Below the pieces are notes generated by a model. The model did not search any database and was not told the DNA's origin. It saw only the letters and a list, made by a program, of their open reading frames with translations. Of a stretch of DNA of 64,000 bases, positions 11,710-25,656 are shown in pieces. This DNA comes from Octopus vulgaris. Taxonomy: Eukaryota. Every line of letters starts with the position of its first letter. Position 1 is the stretch's first letter. The stretch is from assembly GCA_951406725.2 (NCBI GenBank), contig OX597822.1, forward strand, positions 75,516,001-75,580,000, in the 5' to 3' direction. The position numbers and the translations under genes were made by a program.

Positions 11710-11935
11710 GTTTGTCTGTCTTTGTTTGTCCTCTCTGTGTTTAGCACCTTGTGGATAGTAAAGAAATAGGTATTTCGTCTGTCTTTACGTTCTGAGTTCA
11801 AATTCCGCCGAGGTCGACTTTGCCTTTCATCCTTTCGAGGTCGATAAAATAAGTACCAATTGCGTACTGGTGTCGATCTAATCGACTGCCCCTCCCCCAA
11901 AATTTCGGGCCTTGTGTCTAGTGTAGAAAAGATTA
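11710..11935 (+). mobile_element. 5'-truncated SINE A dimer
   Basis: Begins inside the long tail and keeps the AAAGAAATA|GGTATTTCG junction. Confidence 0.8.
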
Positions 11936-12542
11936 TGCCAGCTCGGCGCCTTACAAAGTAAACATATTAACCAATCCAATATACGCTATATACACCGGTG
12001 AGAGAATATCTACATGGTCGTACGTCTTCCTAGAAATAGTAGCTATATCAGTTCCAAATCATAGTCTATATCTTAAACATCGCGAAGTGCGCAAAGTGTA
12101 ATGAATTACTGTCACAATATTCTCTCTTACAAGAAAGACGAGATGGTCATTTCTGGAACATTTTTGATAATACGTCTTCTTAATCACGACTGACCTGGGG
12201 GCTAAATAATAAAAAACAGCAACCAGAATCTAACACATGAAGTCGATATAATACAATATTTAATTAACATATGTTGCAATGTTAATGTTAGAAGCGTGAT
12301 TACAGAGACGTGTACTAAAATTATATTATTATGTTGTATAGAAATATACGGCATATTAATTGAGTTATAAGGATAAAAAGTTCTCTTCATTGTTGCATTA
12401 ATTTTCTAGAACTATTTAATAATTTTTTTTATTCTTCGTTGTTTATATCTATCACAACACCAGTTTCTTCTACTCCTCCTCCTCTACTGCTTCTCTATCG
12501 TTTTCTTTCTCTCTCTCTTTCTCTTTATATATAAGTATATGT

Positions 12543-12573
<31 letters not shown>

Positions 12574-12625
12574 TGTATGCATTTATATATATATGAATAT
12601 ATGAATATTTATATATAACTATGCA

Positions 12626-12715
<90 letters not shown>

Positions 12716-12888
12716 TGCGTGTGTACATATACTTACGAACATATATATATACATATATATGTGTGTATGTATATATATATATATATGTATATGTATATGT
12801 ATATATATATGTATATGTATATATATGTATACATTTATATATATATATGTATATGTATATATATGTATACATTTATATATAAATATGT

Positions 12889-12930
<42 letters not shown>

Positions 12931-14185
12931 ACACACACACACACACACACTCACACACACTCACGCACACACACGCGCACACACACACACATATGTAGAT
13001 ATATATAGTCAACAGTCAAGATCAATATAGAAGACACTTTGTAGCGTTCAAATGAATTGAAAATACAATCCGAAATTTTTGCCGAGAACTTTGGCAATAA
13101 TAGAAAACCAGGTGAGCAGATACGGAAGATAATGATGCAAATAAACAAAGAAAATGTATATACAAAATATACATTCATATAGACTTGTAAACAGAGTGAA
13201 AGTCAAGACTCAATATATTCAATCGATGAGTATTCATGTCTAAATATATAGCTATTTATATATTAAGAGAGCAGTAGTATACTGAGTAAAAAGACAAAGG
13301 AAATTAAAGAGAAAAGAGATGGTGTTATATGTCTGACAGCTGTTTTTGTGGGCTCGGAACTACTTCGAAATGTTGGCAGATGTTGTCCACAATAGTGTTA
13401 TGCAACCAGTAACAGTGGGAGCATATAAACATTAGATAGATCCGGTCCCCGTCTTAAGAGTCCAGAGATAAGAGATTTATGTATGTATGTATGTATGTAT
13501 GTATGTATGTATATTGTAGTTTCTATTAGACTTGATAAACTAGTCTATAAATTAGAACTAAATCCCACCCCATTAGTAAATCTGAATAACAAAATAAAAT
13601 CAATGTAAAGTAGTGTCTTCCTGTCAAAAAATATCAGTTACAATTATGATGTTGTTTATGAAACATGTTCTTTGTCTATCTACTTATCCTCTTTGTGATT
13701 TTAGATAATAGGAAAACTATACAAATGAATCCTTCGAATTTAATTAAATTCTATATTTTTATGCAGCTGAAGATTACTCTACATTTTAAAATTGATGTAA
13801 TATTTGCATTGTTCAATTAAATGGAGTGGCATGAAACGCTCGTACTGCATTACCTCTGGATATCCTTGTTGCTTATTTCAATTGTAATCACCCCATTTTG
13901 AATTATATGGATAATTCTGGTGCCTTTAACTTGAGTACCATATTCAACTGAATCTAAATTTTACTGAACTTATATATATATATATATTGGAGTTCGGTTA
14001 ATATAGAAGCTATTGTTACCTCTTGCACCTCCTCCCATACATACATACATACATATATACATACATACATACATACATATATACATACATACATACATAC
14101 ATACATACATACATACATACATACATACATACATACATACATACATACATACATCGATACATAAATACATGCATATATATATATT

Positions 14186-14488
14186 TTTCTAGTTTCAGCT
14201 CAGAGCTGCGGCCATGCTGATGCACCGCTGTTTTGAACTACACTGTTATTACGACGAACCTCGTCTAATATGTGGCACTTGGTGAAGAATGGAGTTTGAT
14301 ATAGCTTCTCTCATTTGCACCTCTTGCCGTGAGGTAGGTTCATCTGGGACTCTCGACAGGAAGACGTCCAGCTTTGATTTAAAAACCGCTACATCTACTT
14401 TGTGCAAGTTCCTCTGACTCTTTGGGAGAATATTTTAAAGCTGTGGGCCCTTGAAACCCAGGCTGTTGCAGAAGCTGGTCCTGAAGCG
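14186..14488 (-). mobile_element. CR1-like LINE 3' end
   Basis: [17 protein letters not shown]...[17 protein letters not shown], then tail GCGGTGCATCAGCATGGCCGCAGC...GCTGAAAC. Confidence 0.7.
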
Positions 14489-14547
14489 TATATATGAGTA
14501 TATATATATACTCATATATATACATATGTATATATATACATATATGC

Positions 14548-14599
<52 letters not shown>

Positions 14600-15027
14600 G
14601 CATACATATATATGTATATATATATATATATATATGTGTGTATTATATAATATTTGGATGCAATGTATAAGAATTTAATGCATCGCTAGACGCGTTTCCT
14701 CAAATCACGTCTATTAAGATCGCAGTCCATATTCCTGGGATTATTGCAGTGTAATCCGTAATATCCGTTCGCATCGTGTTGATCATCTTCATGGGTTCAT
14801 CTCTTCAGGCGATATAACATTAGTGGATGTACAACAGAGGGATGGTTATCTATTTTCACCCGTATGTTCATAAATTCCATCCAAAGATTATTGTTATTAT
14901 TACCATATTTATCCAACGTTATACCGATGTAGCCGCAAAAAACTTGTTCACCAGTCAGTATCATTAGACAGTGGCCGGCATAATAAAATAGGAGTTTATT
15001 TGCGTATTGAAAATGTTAACCGAAAAC

Positions 15028-15094
<67 letters not shown>

Positions 15095-15362
15095 GTAAAG
15101 GTAAAAAAATATACAAACTGGGACAAGAACGGGAAACATTTAGAAGACGACACAAAAAACATGGACGGGACATTCGAAGCCCTCAATCATCAGTCAAGAA
15201 CCGGATCATCTTCGCAATTTCGGCTGATTAATCTTGAGATTGCTCCGATCTGGGCAGCCGCCAAGGGAAATCTAAGCCAAGCGCATTGGTTAGTTACCAA
15301 TCTATAGAAAGTTCAGCTATAAGGTAACCAGTTAAACCGTGGTTCATATATCTATATTTAAA

Positions 15363-15474
15363 GGATAAGGAAAAAATGGAGAGGTAATTAATAAAATTAT
15401 TCATTAATTATAAAATATGACAATTATAATTAATAAATAATTTTATTAATTACCTCTCCATTTTCTCCTTATTC
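15363..15474. repeat. Near-perfect AT-rich palindrome
   Basis: GGATAAGGAAAAAATGGAGAGGTAATTAATAAAATTATT pairs with AATAATTTTATTAATTACCTCTCCATTTTCTCCTTATTC. Confidence 0.8.
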
Positions 15475-15531
15475 TTTATGTGCATATACACACACACACA
15501 CACACGCACGCACACACACACACACAAACAA

Positions 15532-15584
<53 letters not shown>

Positions 15585-15605
15585 GTGAGAGAGAGAGAGA
15601 AAGCC

Positions 15606-15722
15606 GATTAGAAAATGGAGGAAAAATAACAATCAGAAGTGTGTAATTTTCGCTAGAAAAATAATGGCTACCTAGCGCAAAAGACACACTTCTTATTGTT
15701 ATTTTTCTTCCATTTTCTTATC
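15606..15722. repeat. Second imperfect palindrome
   Basis: AGAAAATGGAGGAAAAATAACAATCAGAAGTGTGT pairs with ACACACTTCTTATTGTTATTTTTCTTCCATTTTCT. Confidence 0.8.
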
Positions 15723-15861
15723 GTCTATATAACTTAAACTACGGTTTACTCGCTAAATTACCTGCTGCCGTATACCTTCTAACAAGGACTATACGTACTG
15801 GGGTAATTACTTTGGATGTATCTATCCCCTAGAGGCTTTACACACGTCATATATATATATA

Positions 15862-15897
<36 letters not shown>

Positions 15898-15898
15898 C

Positions 15899-15972
<74 letters not shown>

Positions 15973-15976
<4 letters not shown>

Positions 15977-16122
15977 GACGGGCTTCTTTCAGTTTCCGTC
16001 TACCAAGTCTACTCACAAGGCTTTGGCCAGCCCGAGGTTATAGTAGCAGACACTCACCCAAGTTGCTACGCAATGCGACTGAACTCGGAACCATGTGGTT
16101 TGGAAGCAAGCTTCTTACAACA
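15973..16122 (-). mobile_element. SINE B 5' half
   Basis: ACGACGGGCTTCTTTCAGTTTCCGTCTACC...GGAACCATGTGGTTTGGAAGCAAGCTTCTTAC. Confidence 0.8.
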
Positions 16123-16674
16123 TACATCTGTGTCGTCTGTGTGTATGTGTTTTATGTGAGAAGCAAACACGCACACGAATAGATCTGTATAACCTTAGCT
16201 GTAGCTCTTGACGTTAATCGAATCTTGCCGTTGTAGTTGTTGCTGTTGTTGTTTGTTGCTCCTGATGTATTTGCTACTGCTGCAGTTGTCTTCTTCTTCT
16301 TCTTCTTCTTCTTCTTCTTCTTCTTCTTCTTCTTCTTCTTCTTCTTCTTCTTCTTCTTCTTCTTCTTCTGCTTCTTCTTCCAATCAGGACTCGCGCCATT
16401 AGCCACAAATTATAATCTCTAATTCGAGCCCACTCCAAGCTGCTAAGAATGCGTGTAGCCACTTGGAGCTCTACCCACCATACGCGATAGACTGGCTGTT
16501 GCACGGGCGCGAAAGCTACGTTGTTATCCTCATTCCGTAAACGGTGTCTTTTTGAACGGGTGGAGAGCTGAACCATCCTGGGGGTACAGAGGATTCGCAA
16601 TCTAGACTAGGGTTTGAAAGTTTAGCACACCATAGGGGGTTACACCATGGTTCCTCTGCTTTGTGTTAGAAGTA

Positions 16675-16861
16675 GGAAGAAATAGTGAGAGAAAGTTGTG
16701 GTGAAAGAGTACAGCGGGGTTCACCACCACCACTCCGCCGGAGCCTCGTGGAGCTTAGGTACTTTTGCTCAATAAACGCCCACAATGCCCGGCCTGGGAA
16801 TCGAAACCACGTTCTTACGACCTCGAGTTCGCTGCCCTAACCACTGGATCATTGCGCCTCC
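16675..16861 (-). mobile_element. tRNA-derived SINE (another family)
   Basis: Reverse complement GAGGCGCAATGATCCAGTGGTTAGGGCAGCG...GGTTTCGATTCCCAGG, tRNA A/B boxes. Confidence 0.7.
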
Positions 16862-17659
16862 ACTGCTGCTGTTGTTGTTATTACTGCTGTTTCTGTCGTT
16901 CTTGTTTTTGGTGGTGGTCGTGGTGGTGGTTGTGGTGGTGATGCAGTTGTTTAACCACAGCTCAACCATGATCGACAATCTTTCCAATGATATCCACCCT
17001 CTTTTGTTTGCGTAGGAATCCTAGATCGAATGCGTACTTCCGTTTAATCACACAATAATGTCTTATACATGGAAAATCTGGCTGATATTTCTAGCGTGCC
17101 GACCAACCACGCAGTAAAGTGAGGTGTTTTTTTTTTGACGAAGTACACACTGCCGCTGCTGCTGCTGCTGCTGCTATTAATGTCGTGCTTGTTTCTCTGC
17201 TGTTATTTTTACAAATTACTCTAATTTTTCTGTTTATGATGCTAGTCTTATCGGTAAATTCTTTGACGCTATTTATTACTTTTTTTGTCTAAACATCCTC
17301 TGTAAATCATTTTGGCTTTCTTTCTAAACCATCAACTTCTTTAATTTTGACTCAGGAGATTTGGCATAAGTAGATATTTATTTGGTTAAATTTGTTTATG
17401 GTCAGTGATACGAGGATATCTATTCATTCATTATGGTCACTAGGTAGAAAATCAATTTAATCAATAGTGATAGATAAGGGTAGGTGGGTGTTGGTGGAAA
17501 CATGTTTGACTCAATCGGTTTCCGTCTCATACGAGCAATATTGTTTTAGACATTTAATTGTTGTAGTCATTAGATTGTCTTGCATTATTTGTCCTGGTTT
17601 TCTGCGCACTGAGTTCAATCTCACGGAGGTAAAATTTACACTTCATCCTTTCTCACCAA

Positions 17660-18560
17660 ATGAAGAACCAGTCAAATCATGTACCTATCAAATAAAGTAC
17701 CGACCAAGTGAAGTACCGACCAAGTGAAGTACCGACCATATAAGAAGTACAAATCAAACGACGTAGTTATCAAATAAAGTAGCAGCCAAGTCCAGTACAC
17801 ATCACATATAAATTTCCTGTCAAATAGAGTACCAATCATATAAAGTACCTGTCAGATGGAGTACCGATCATATAAAGTACCTGTAGAATAGAGTACCTAT
17901 CACATAAAGTACCTGTCAAATAAAGTACCCATCATATAAAGTACCTGTCAAATAGAGTACCCATCACATAAAGTACCTGTCAAATGAAATATCTGTGAAA
18001 GAAAGTACGTGCCAATTAAGTACCTAAAGTAAAGAAACAGTCAAATAATGTACCTTCACATAGAGTACATATCAAATGAAGTACTTATTAAACAATGTAT
18101 ATACCAAAGAATGTAACTTTTATATAAACTGCATAAAACGAAGTACTTATGAAAGTATACCAGGCAAATAAAGTACTTCTCAAGTAAAGTACTAATCATA
18201 TTGGCTTCAGACTTTGACGTAAACCACTAATTTCTACGAGGCGGGTAAGACGATTACATCGTTCCCACCGATTGACTGGTACTTATTTTATCGACCTCGA
18301 AAGAGCGAAAGACAAACTCGACCTCGGCGGAATTAAAACTCACAAAGTAAACGCGGACAAAATGCCAATAAGCATTTTGTCCGGCGTGCTCTCCATTCTG
18401 CCAGCTCGCCACCTTATGACACCAATCGTATTGAGTACATATCAACTGAAGATCCTAAAGTACTTAGTGAATAAAGTACCTATGAAATGAATGAAGTACC
18501 TTTCAAATGTAATATTTATCAAATGAAGTACGAATCAAATGAAATACTATCAAATAAAAT
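17660..18560 (+). repeat. ~16-bp minisatellite (TAAAGTACCTGTCAAA / TAGAGTACCCATCACA alternating) interrupted by a SINE A
   Basis: AGTAC recurs about every 16 bp; cleanest at 17810-17990. Confidence 0.8.
18205..18414 (-). mobile_element. SINE A monomer inserted in the minisatellite
   Basis: Reverse complement AAGGTGGCGAGCTGGCAGAATGG...TTCCGCCGAGGTCGAG. Confidence 0.75.
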
Positions 18561-18948
18561 ACCACTGTAGTGACGTAGCTAAAGTGTGCACCACTTGGGG
18601 CCTCTCTTGAATTTCTCGGCTCATGCCCCTACACTGGCTTGTACAGCTGACTCAAAAATATCACCATTATTAAATCGCCCCTCGTGGAGAAACTGTCCCA
18701 CCCCCCAATTCCCCTCTACATACACTACTGGTGAATTGGTAGAACGGAAAGAACATCATACTATATAGCTTGTAGTATTTATTTCCAGAATTTTGCTTTC
18801 TGATGTCTTGTGTCGTACACTTAATTCGTTGTCACGTTTAAAACCATGCGTATTAATAATGATTTCAAAGTTATTCTTTTACTCCTTTCCTCTATATCAC
18901 CATCTCATTAATATATACGATTCTGATTTTCCCTACTTCTCCCTATCT

Positions 18949-19005
18949 GTCTCTGATGAGGGAATATCCCAAACTCAAGGGATATCCCCAAAACATACGT
19001 AAGAC
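18949..19005 (+). ncRNA. Type I hammerhead ribozyme with G12-to-A substitution (probably inactive)
   Basis: GUCU-CUGAUGA-GGGAAUAUCCC(aaacucaa)GGGAUAUCCCC-AAAA-CauacG-UA-AGAC; stem II pairs at 10 of 11 positions, 4-bp stem I. Confidence 0.65.
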
Positions 19006-19086
19006 TTGGAATTTTTTCCAATAATAATATTGTATACCACTTGAGATGTTTGCCTTACCTTAAAGTTTGCTATACTCTTTAACAAT

Positions 19087-19219
<133 letters not shown>

Positions 19220-19220
19220 A

Positions 19221-19885
19221 GCTGAGTCTATCGTCAATATTGTCACGCCTCCTTCCTTCAAACGGGAAGGAAGAGCTATTTTCATCATCCTTGTGGCTAT
19301 GGCGAAAGAATGTATCTGGTGGACGCGTCTGAAAGGATTGGAGACAAACACTTTCCTCTCTGGTCAATCTCTCATCAACTTCTTCAAGTACCACTTGAAA
19401 AGGAAAGTGAGAGTAGAGAGGCAAGTTTTGTCTAGCGAATGTTTTAAAAAAAGATGGGTGAATGTAGCAAGAATGGCACGTATGAATGACGAAGCCACCT
19501 TGAGCATGATCCTATGAACCCAGAAATTGAAAACAGAGAGTTGCTTATTCGCAAAAAAAAAAAAAAAAAGAAATATAACATGTGACTCCATTGACCGAGG
19601 TTACCGTGGTCTTTTCCATAGGCTTTTCTTTCCACGGGTAAACCTCACCTGTCCTCCCCTTTACACTTCATATTGACATTTCTGTGATAACGATCCCTAT
19701 TGATCAATTTTTTTTCTCCTCCCCCCCTTTTTAACCCCCTTTTTTGTCCTCTTTCTCTCCTTTTGCGATCCCTTTTGATCGAAACTCCCCCTTCCTTTTT
19801 TTTTTTTTTTAAACCTTCAAAAGAAAAGCTCTACCTTGTAATTTGTTCTATCTGTGTGCAGCCCTGTGTGGCTAATAAAGAAACA
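19221..19885 (+). mobile_element. 5'-truncated Tx1-like LINE 3' end embedded in (CTAT)n
   Basis: Open frame ...VAMAKECIWWTRLKG...FFKYHLKRKVRVERQVLSSECFKKRW (AK..IW..R...F...W pattern of L1/Tx1 ORF2 end), pyrimidine-rich UTR, AATAAA, (CTAT)n on both sides. Confidence 0.7.
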
Positions 19886-19940
<55 letters not shown>

Positions 19941-20360
19941 TTAGCTCGCTAGCTATTTGTCTGTCTGTCTGTGAACCTATCGATATATTTCTGTCTGAGA
20001 GATACGATGGTCTTACAATTTCCGTCCACCAAATTCACTCACTGAGTATTGGTCGAAGACACCATAAAATTTAACATGAGCCGATGTAAGCTGATAAGAT
20101 TTCACAAGTGTTTATTATGTCAAACCCGGAAAGAAATAAAAAGCGATGTTGACATAATAAGGGTTTGAAAGTGAAGCAGATTGGCGGGGCATATGAATAA
20201 CAACTTGCATCCAACTGTCTGCTGTTTCAATCACGCCCAGCAGCATTCAGCTATAAAAGAAGAGACATAGTCGTAACTATGTGAATCTTGTTTAAACAAA
20301 GTTTGATATAATTTCTGATTTCCGTCATAGATAGATATGGATAGATAAATAGATAGAAAA

Positions 20361-20775
20361 GGCGGCGAGCTGGCAGAATCGTTAGCACACCGGGCGAAAT
20401 GCTTAGCGGTATTTCGTCTGCTGTTACTTTCTGAGTTCAAATTCCGCCGAGGTCGACTTTGCCTTTCATCCTTTCAGGGTCGCTTAAATAAGTACCAGTT
20501 ACGCACTAGGGTCGATATAATCGACTTAATCCGTTTTTCTGTCCTTGTTTGTCCTCTCTGTGTTTAGCTCCTTGTGGGTAGTAAAGAAATAGGTATTTCG
20601 TCTGCCGTTACGTTCTGAGTTCAAATTCCGCCGAAGTCGACTTTGCCTTTCATCCTTTCGGGGTCGATTAAATGAGTACCAGTGACGCACTTGGGTCCAT
20701 ATAATCGACTTAATCCGTTTGTCTGTCCTTGTTTGTCTCCTCTGTGTGTAGTCCCTTGTGGGCAGTAAAGAAATA
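20361..20775 (+). mobile_element. SINE A dimer with two long tails, in GATA-rich repeat
   Basis: Head-body-long tail-body-long tail ending CCCTTGTGGGCAGTAAAGAAATA. Confidence 0.9.
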
Positions 20776-21135
20776 AGATAAATAGAGAGATAGGCAGATA
20801 TACAGATAGAAGGATAGATAGATTGATAGATAGGTGGAGAGACAGAGAGATAGAGAGATAGATGGATAGATAGATAGATCTGATTCAACATGTGAGTGTA
20901 CTTGATTCCACGTTTGTGTATCTCGATTCACCGATCAGGTATTATGCATGTATGAGAGTAAACGTGTCGCCGTGTGAATGCGATTGTGTCTCGGTGAGTT
21001 AAGTGTAAGCACACGCGCGAGACGTTTCTGTATATATTAATACGGAAGAGCACGCCTTATTGAGCTGAACATATGTTGAGATTGTTAATTTTTTTTGTCA
21101 CATGTGTATAGAACAAAGAGATTTTAATGTATGTA

Positions 21136-21171
<36 letters not shown>

Positions 21172-21192
21172 CATACATACACATACATAGGG

Positions 21193-21268
<76 letters not shown>

Positions 21269-21510
21269 GTATATATATGTGTATATATATATACCTATAT
21301 TAAAATATATATATATGAAGTCACATTTGTGTATATATATATGTATATATACATTTATATATACATATATATGTATGTAAACATATATATATATATATAT
21401 ATAGGCCTATGTGTATACGCATATATATATGTATATATACAAATATATATATATATATATATATATATGCGTGTGTGTGTGTATGTAAATATGCAACGTA
21501 TGTATGTGTA

Positions 21511-21544
<34 letters not shown>

Positions 21545-21832
21545 CATACATACATACATACATACATACATACATACATTCAGAGATGAATATTGACAAA
21601 TACTCATAAATATGCATGAATGCAAATATTGAGTGTCATAGACAAACACACAGCAGGCACAAATAAGGCACAAACACAAACACGCCAACACACATACGCA
21701 CACACACACAAATCCGCATTGGCTGTGAACCGATTCTGTTCCTCTCACTCACCACACAAACATACAAGTTCATAGACGCACCTGCATACGAAAGAGTGCC
21801 ACATATAAATATGCATGCATACACATAAACGG

Positions 21833-21865
<33 letters not shown>

Positions 21866-22085
21866 TGCCTGTGTGTGTTCATCTATATACATATACACAT
21901 ACATATATACATACACATTCACCTATATATATACATATATATATATATACATATATATATATGCATATATATGTATACATATATACATATGTAGATATAT
22001 ACATATATATATATATGCTCATATATATATATATATATATATGTGTATGTGTCTATGTGTATATATGTATATATATGTACATATA

Positions 22086-22118
<33 letters not shown>

Positions 22119-22319
22119 GGTAAATACATATATGTTTACATATGTGTGATATATACATACATATATATATATATATATTTATATACATACTATATGAATA
22201 TCACAGTGTCAAATACTTATGAATAAACATAGTGTATACATCTGTGTGTGAGTGCTAGCATATGTATGTGTATGTGTGTGTGTGTGTGTGTGTGTGTATG
22301 TTTATGACACGAAGACACG

Positions 22320-22366
<47 letters not shown>

Positions 22367-22426
22367 TACCTGTATTGCTGAGTATGTGTATATGTGCAAA
22401 TCTTACACACACACGCATAAATACAT

Positions 22427-22535
<109 letters not shown>

Positions 22536-23001
22536 TATATACATATATATATACACACACAAATCTGTGCTTACGACTGTATCTATTTATGTAGAAAGGT
22601 GTTGGGGGAGGGAAAGAGGTAAGTTTTATTAATGGACTTTATAAAGTAATTTCATAGCTATATCATAGATTTAATATATATATAGCCGTTGCGCTGTATG
22701 TAAGATGTGAGTTTCAATGTGACGTATTATGTATACTCTTTATTGCACATAGATGTTTGTATTACAGAAACCAAATATAAAACAACCGAAGAAGAAGAAG
22801 AAATATAAATCCATCATTATTTGAAAGACTATATAACTATAAAGCGAACTAAAAAAAAAACAAACAAACAAAGAAAAGAATAATAAAGATTAAAGATTTT
22901 TACAAAATAAAACAAAACGAATCATTGTATCACATACAGAATGACTATGAAAAATGAACGGAACATGCGTAACGGATAGTTAAATCAGAGCATAGATTCA
23001 C

Positions 23002-23067
<66 letters not shown>

Positions 23068-23494
23068 GCGCACATATGCATGTGGGCAGTCGTACGCGCA
23101 AGCACATAGGCACATATGCACACAGGCATATACATACACCGAAAGCCAACATACATACGTATGTGTGTGTGTGCACATATATATACATATATATATATAT
23201 ATATGTATATGTATATATATATATTTATATAAAAACACAAATATATATATATATATAATATATGTATGTATGCATATATATATATTTATATAGGTACACA
23301 CACACATATATGTATATATTATGTATGTCTCCATGTATGTATACACAGATACACACGTACACCGACCGATTGAAGTACATTTGAATGTATATACGTTTAT
23401 TTGAATTTATATATGTGTATATGTGATTTTATCGAATTGTTTATATTTAACACTATGATAATGTGCAGTACGGGTAATGAAATCACTATATATG

Positions 23495-23545
<51 letters not shown>

Positions 23546-23743
23546 CACGACAGAAACACGTGTGTGCTGTGTATATATTCACAGAGTAAATAGTTAAATG
23601 TATATAAGTATGCTCGCATGTATGTATGTATATGCAACTGTGTGTATGTGTGTATTACCGCACATGTACACACTTATACACTTAAAACCTCATATATACG
23701 TGTGTAGGATTGTGTGCATGATTTCATTGTTACCCAAGTAGAT

Positions 23744-23783
<40 letters not shown>

Positions 23784-23827
23784 AGGATAAATATACGCGT
23801 AAATACACACACAGGTACACATATAAA

Positions 23828-23870
<43 letters not shown>

Positions 23871-24274
23871 CGTATGTATGTATACGCATACACACACATA
23901 TACAAATATAAATGTGTATATCGATCAAAATTTCGTTTTTGATACATATATACATATGCAATATAAACATTCAATTTAATGAAGTGAAGAATGTAACAGC
24001 TGCAATGACAGCGCTGCAGGTACGTGTGTGTGTGGTTGTGTGTTTGCGTTTGTGTGTTCGTGTGTGTGTGTGTGTGTGTGTGCGTGTGTGTATTCATCGA
24101 TATATATGTATATATATATATGTATACACATACAAACACACATATAAATGCATATATCATTCTCACTTTTCATCTATCTTATCTATATATCTATCTCTCT
24201 ATATAAATGTATATGATACATGTGACTCTCGATCTGTCTCTCAGTCGCTCTCACTGTGTCTATCTTTGTCTGTA

Positions 24275-24305
<31 letters not shown>

Positions 24306-24985
24306 GTGTGTGTATGTATGCATGTATGTATGTATGCATGCATATGTATATATATATGTATATATATATATGTTTATATATATATATATACATATATGTA
24401 TGTGTGTGTATATATATATATATATATATACATATATGTATGTGTATATATATATATATATATACATATATATATACATATGCATACATACATATATGCA
24501 TACATACATACACACACACACATATATATATATTATGAGTTATGTGTGTGTGTGTGATGTGTATGTTTCTCATGTTGACGTTTCTCTCAGCGGCCGATTA
24601 TGATAACTCGTCCAGCCACACAACGCTTTCACTGACATGCGTATTGGTTTCGGGTTTGATATGTGTGACACAAACTTGTTATTATGATAACAGCTTCATG
24701 TATAATGCTGAAGAGCTGCGACAATAATGATGGAAAGTGTGACTGTTGTGGTTAGTGGTGATGATGATGATGATGATGATGGTGGCAAAGACTAGGACGA
24801 TGACATTGATGATGATGATGATGATGATGTTGATGATGATGATGATGATGATGACGATGATGATGATGATGACGATGAAGATTATGATGATTATGGTGAC
24901 GGCAAAGGCGAGGACGATCATGAGTTTAATGCCGATCAAAATGATGATGATGATGACGATGATAAACGACGACGTCTTCGAGGAC

Positions 24986-25038
<53 letters not shown>

Positions 25039-25656
25039 CGATATAGATGATGATGATGAAGATTATGATGATTATGGTGACGGCAAAGGCTAGGACGATC
25101 ATGAGTTTAATGCCGATCAAAATGATGACAACGACGACGACGACGATGATGATAATGATGATGGTGATGACAACGACTACGACGATGATAATGATTATGG
25201 TTGTTATGGTGCCGACGACGACGACGATGATGATGGTGATGATCATTATGGTTGTTATGGTGACAACAAAGGCGATGAGATTGATGCTGATAACGCTGAT
25301 AATGATGATGGTGATGATAACGACTACTATCCTGGGGTGGTTAGGGTTGGATGCTGGTAGTATTGACGGAGATGATTATACTGCTGATGACAATGATGGT
25401 TATGATGATGGTGATGACAGTGGTGGTGTGGTAGTGGTGACGGTGGTAATGATGGTGATGGTGATGATAATGACGATGATGATGTTGTGGTGGTGGTGGT
25501 ATTTTTCGTGGTGGGGACGAAGGCGAGGCCAACTAAGACTTTGCATTTACTGGTGATAGTGATGATTATGATTATGGGTTTCAACGATTATGCTTATAAC
25601 GATCATAATCATCATCATACCGACGATTTTGATGCTGGTAGAATGATTGTAAAATA

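Noticed and set aside
12470-13030. Long YI/HT/VC-repeat ORFs here and throughout the window
   Set aside because: Products of (TA)n, (CA)n and (TACA)n microsatellites that lack stop codons.
15165-15200. Minus-strand CUGAUGA...CGAAUGUC as a hammerhead
   Set aside because: GAAA and stems I and II cannot be formed convincingly.
17660-18560. CRISPR-like regular short repeats
   Set aside because: Units are contiguous 16-mers without unique spacers, there are no cas genes, and the context is eukaryotic.
24746-25556. Poly-Met/Asp/Ile ORFs (also 31967-32513, 33037-33483, 39526-39952)
   Set aside because: Trinucleotide microsatellite translations.
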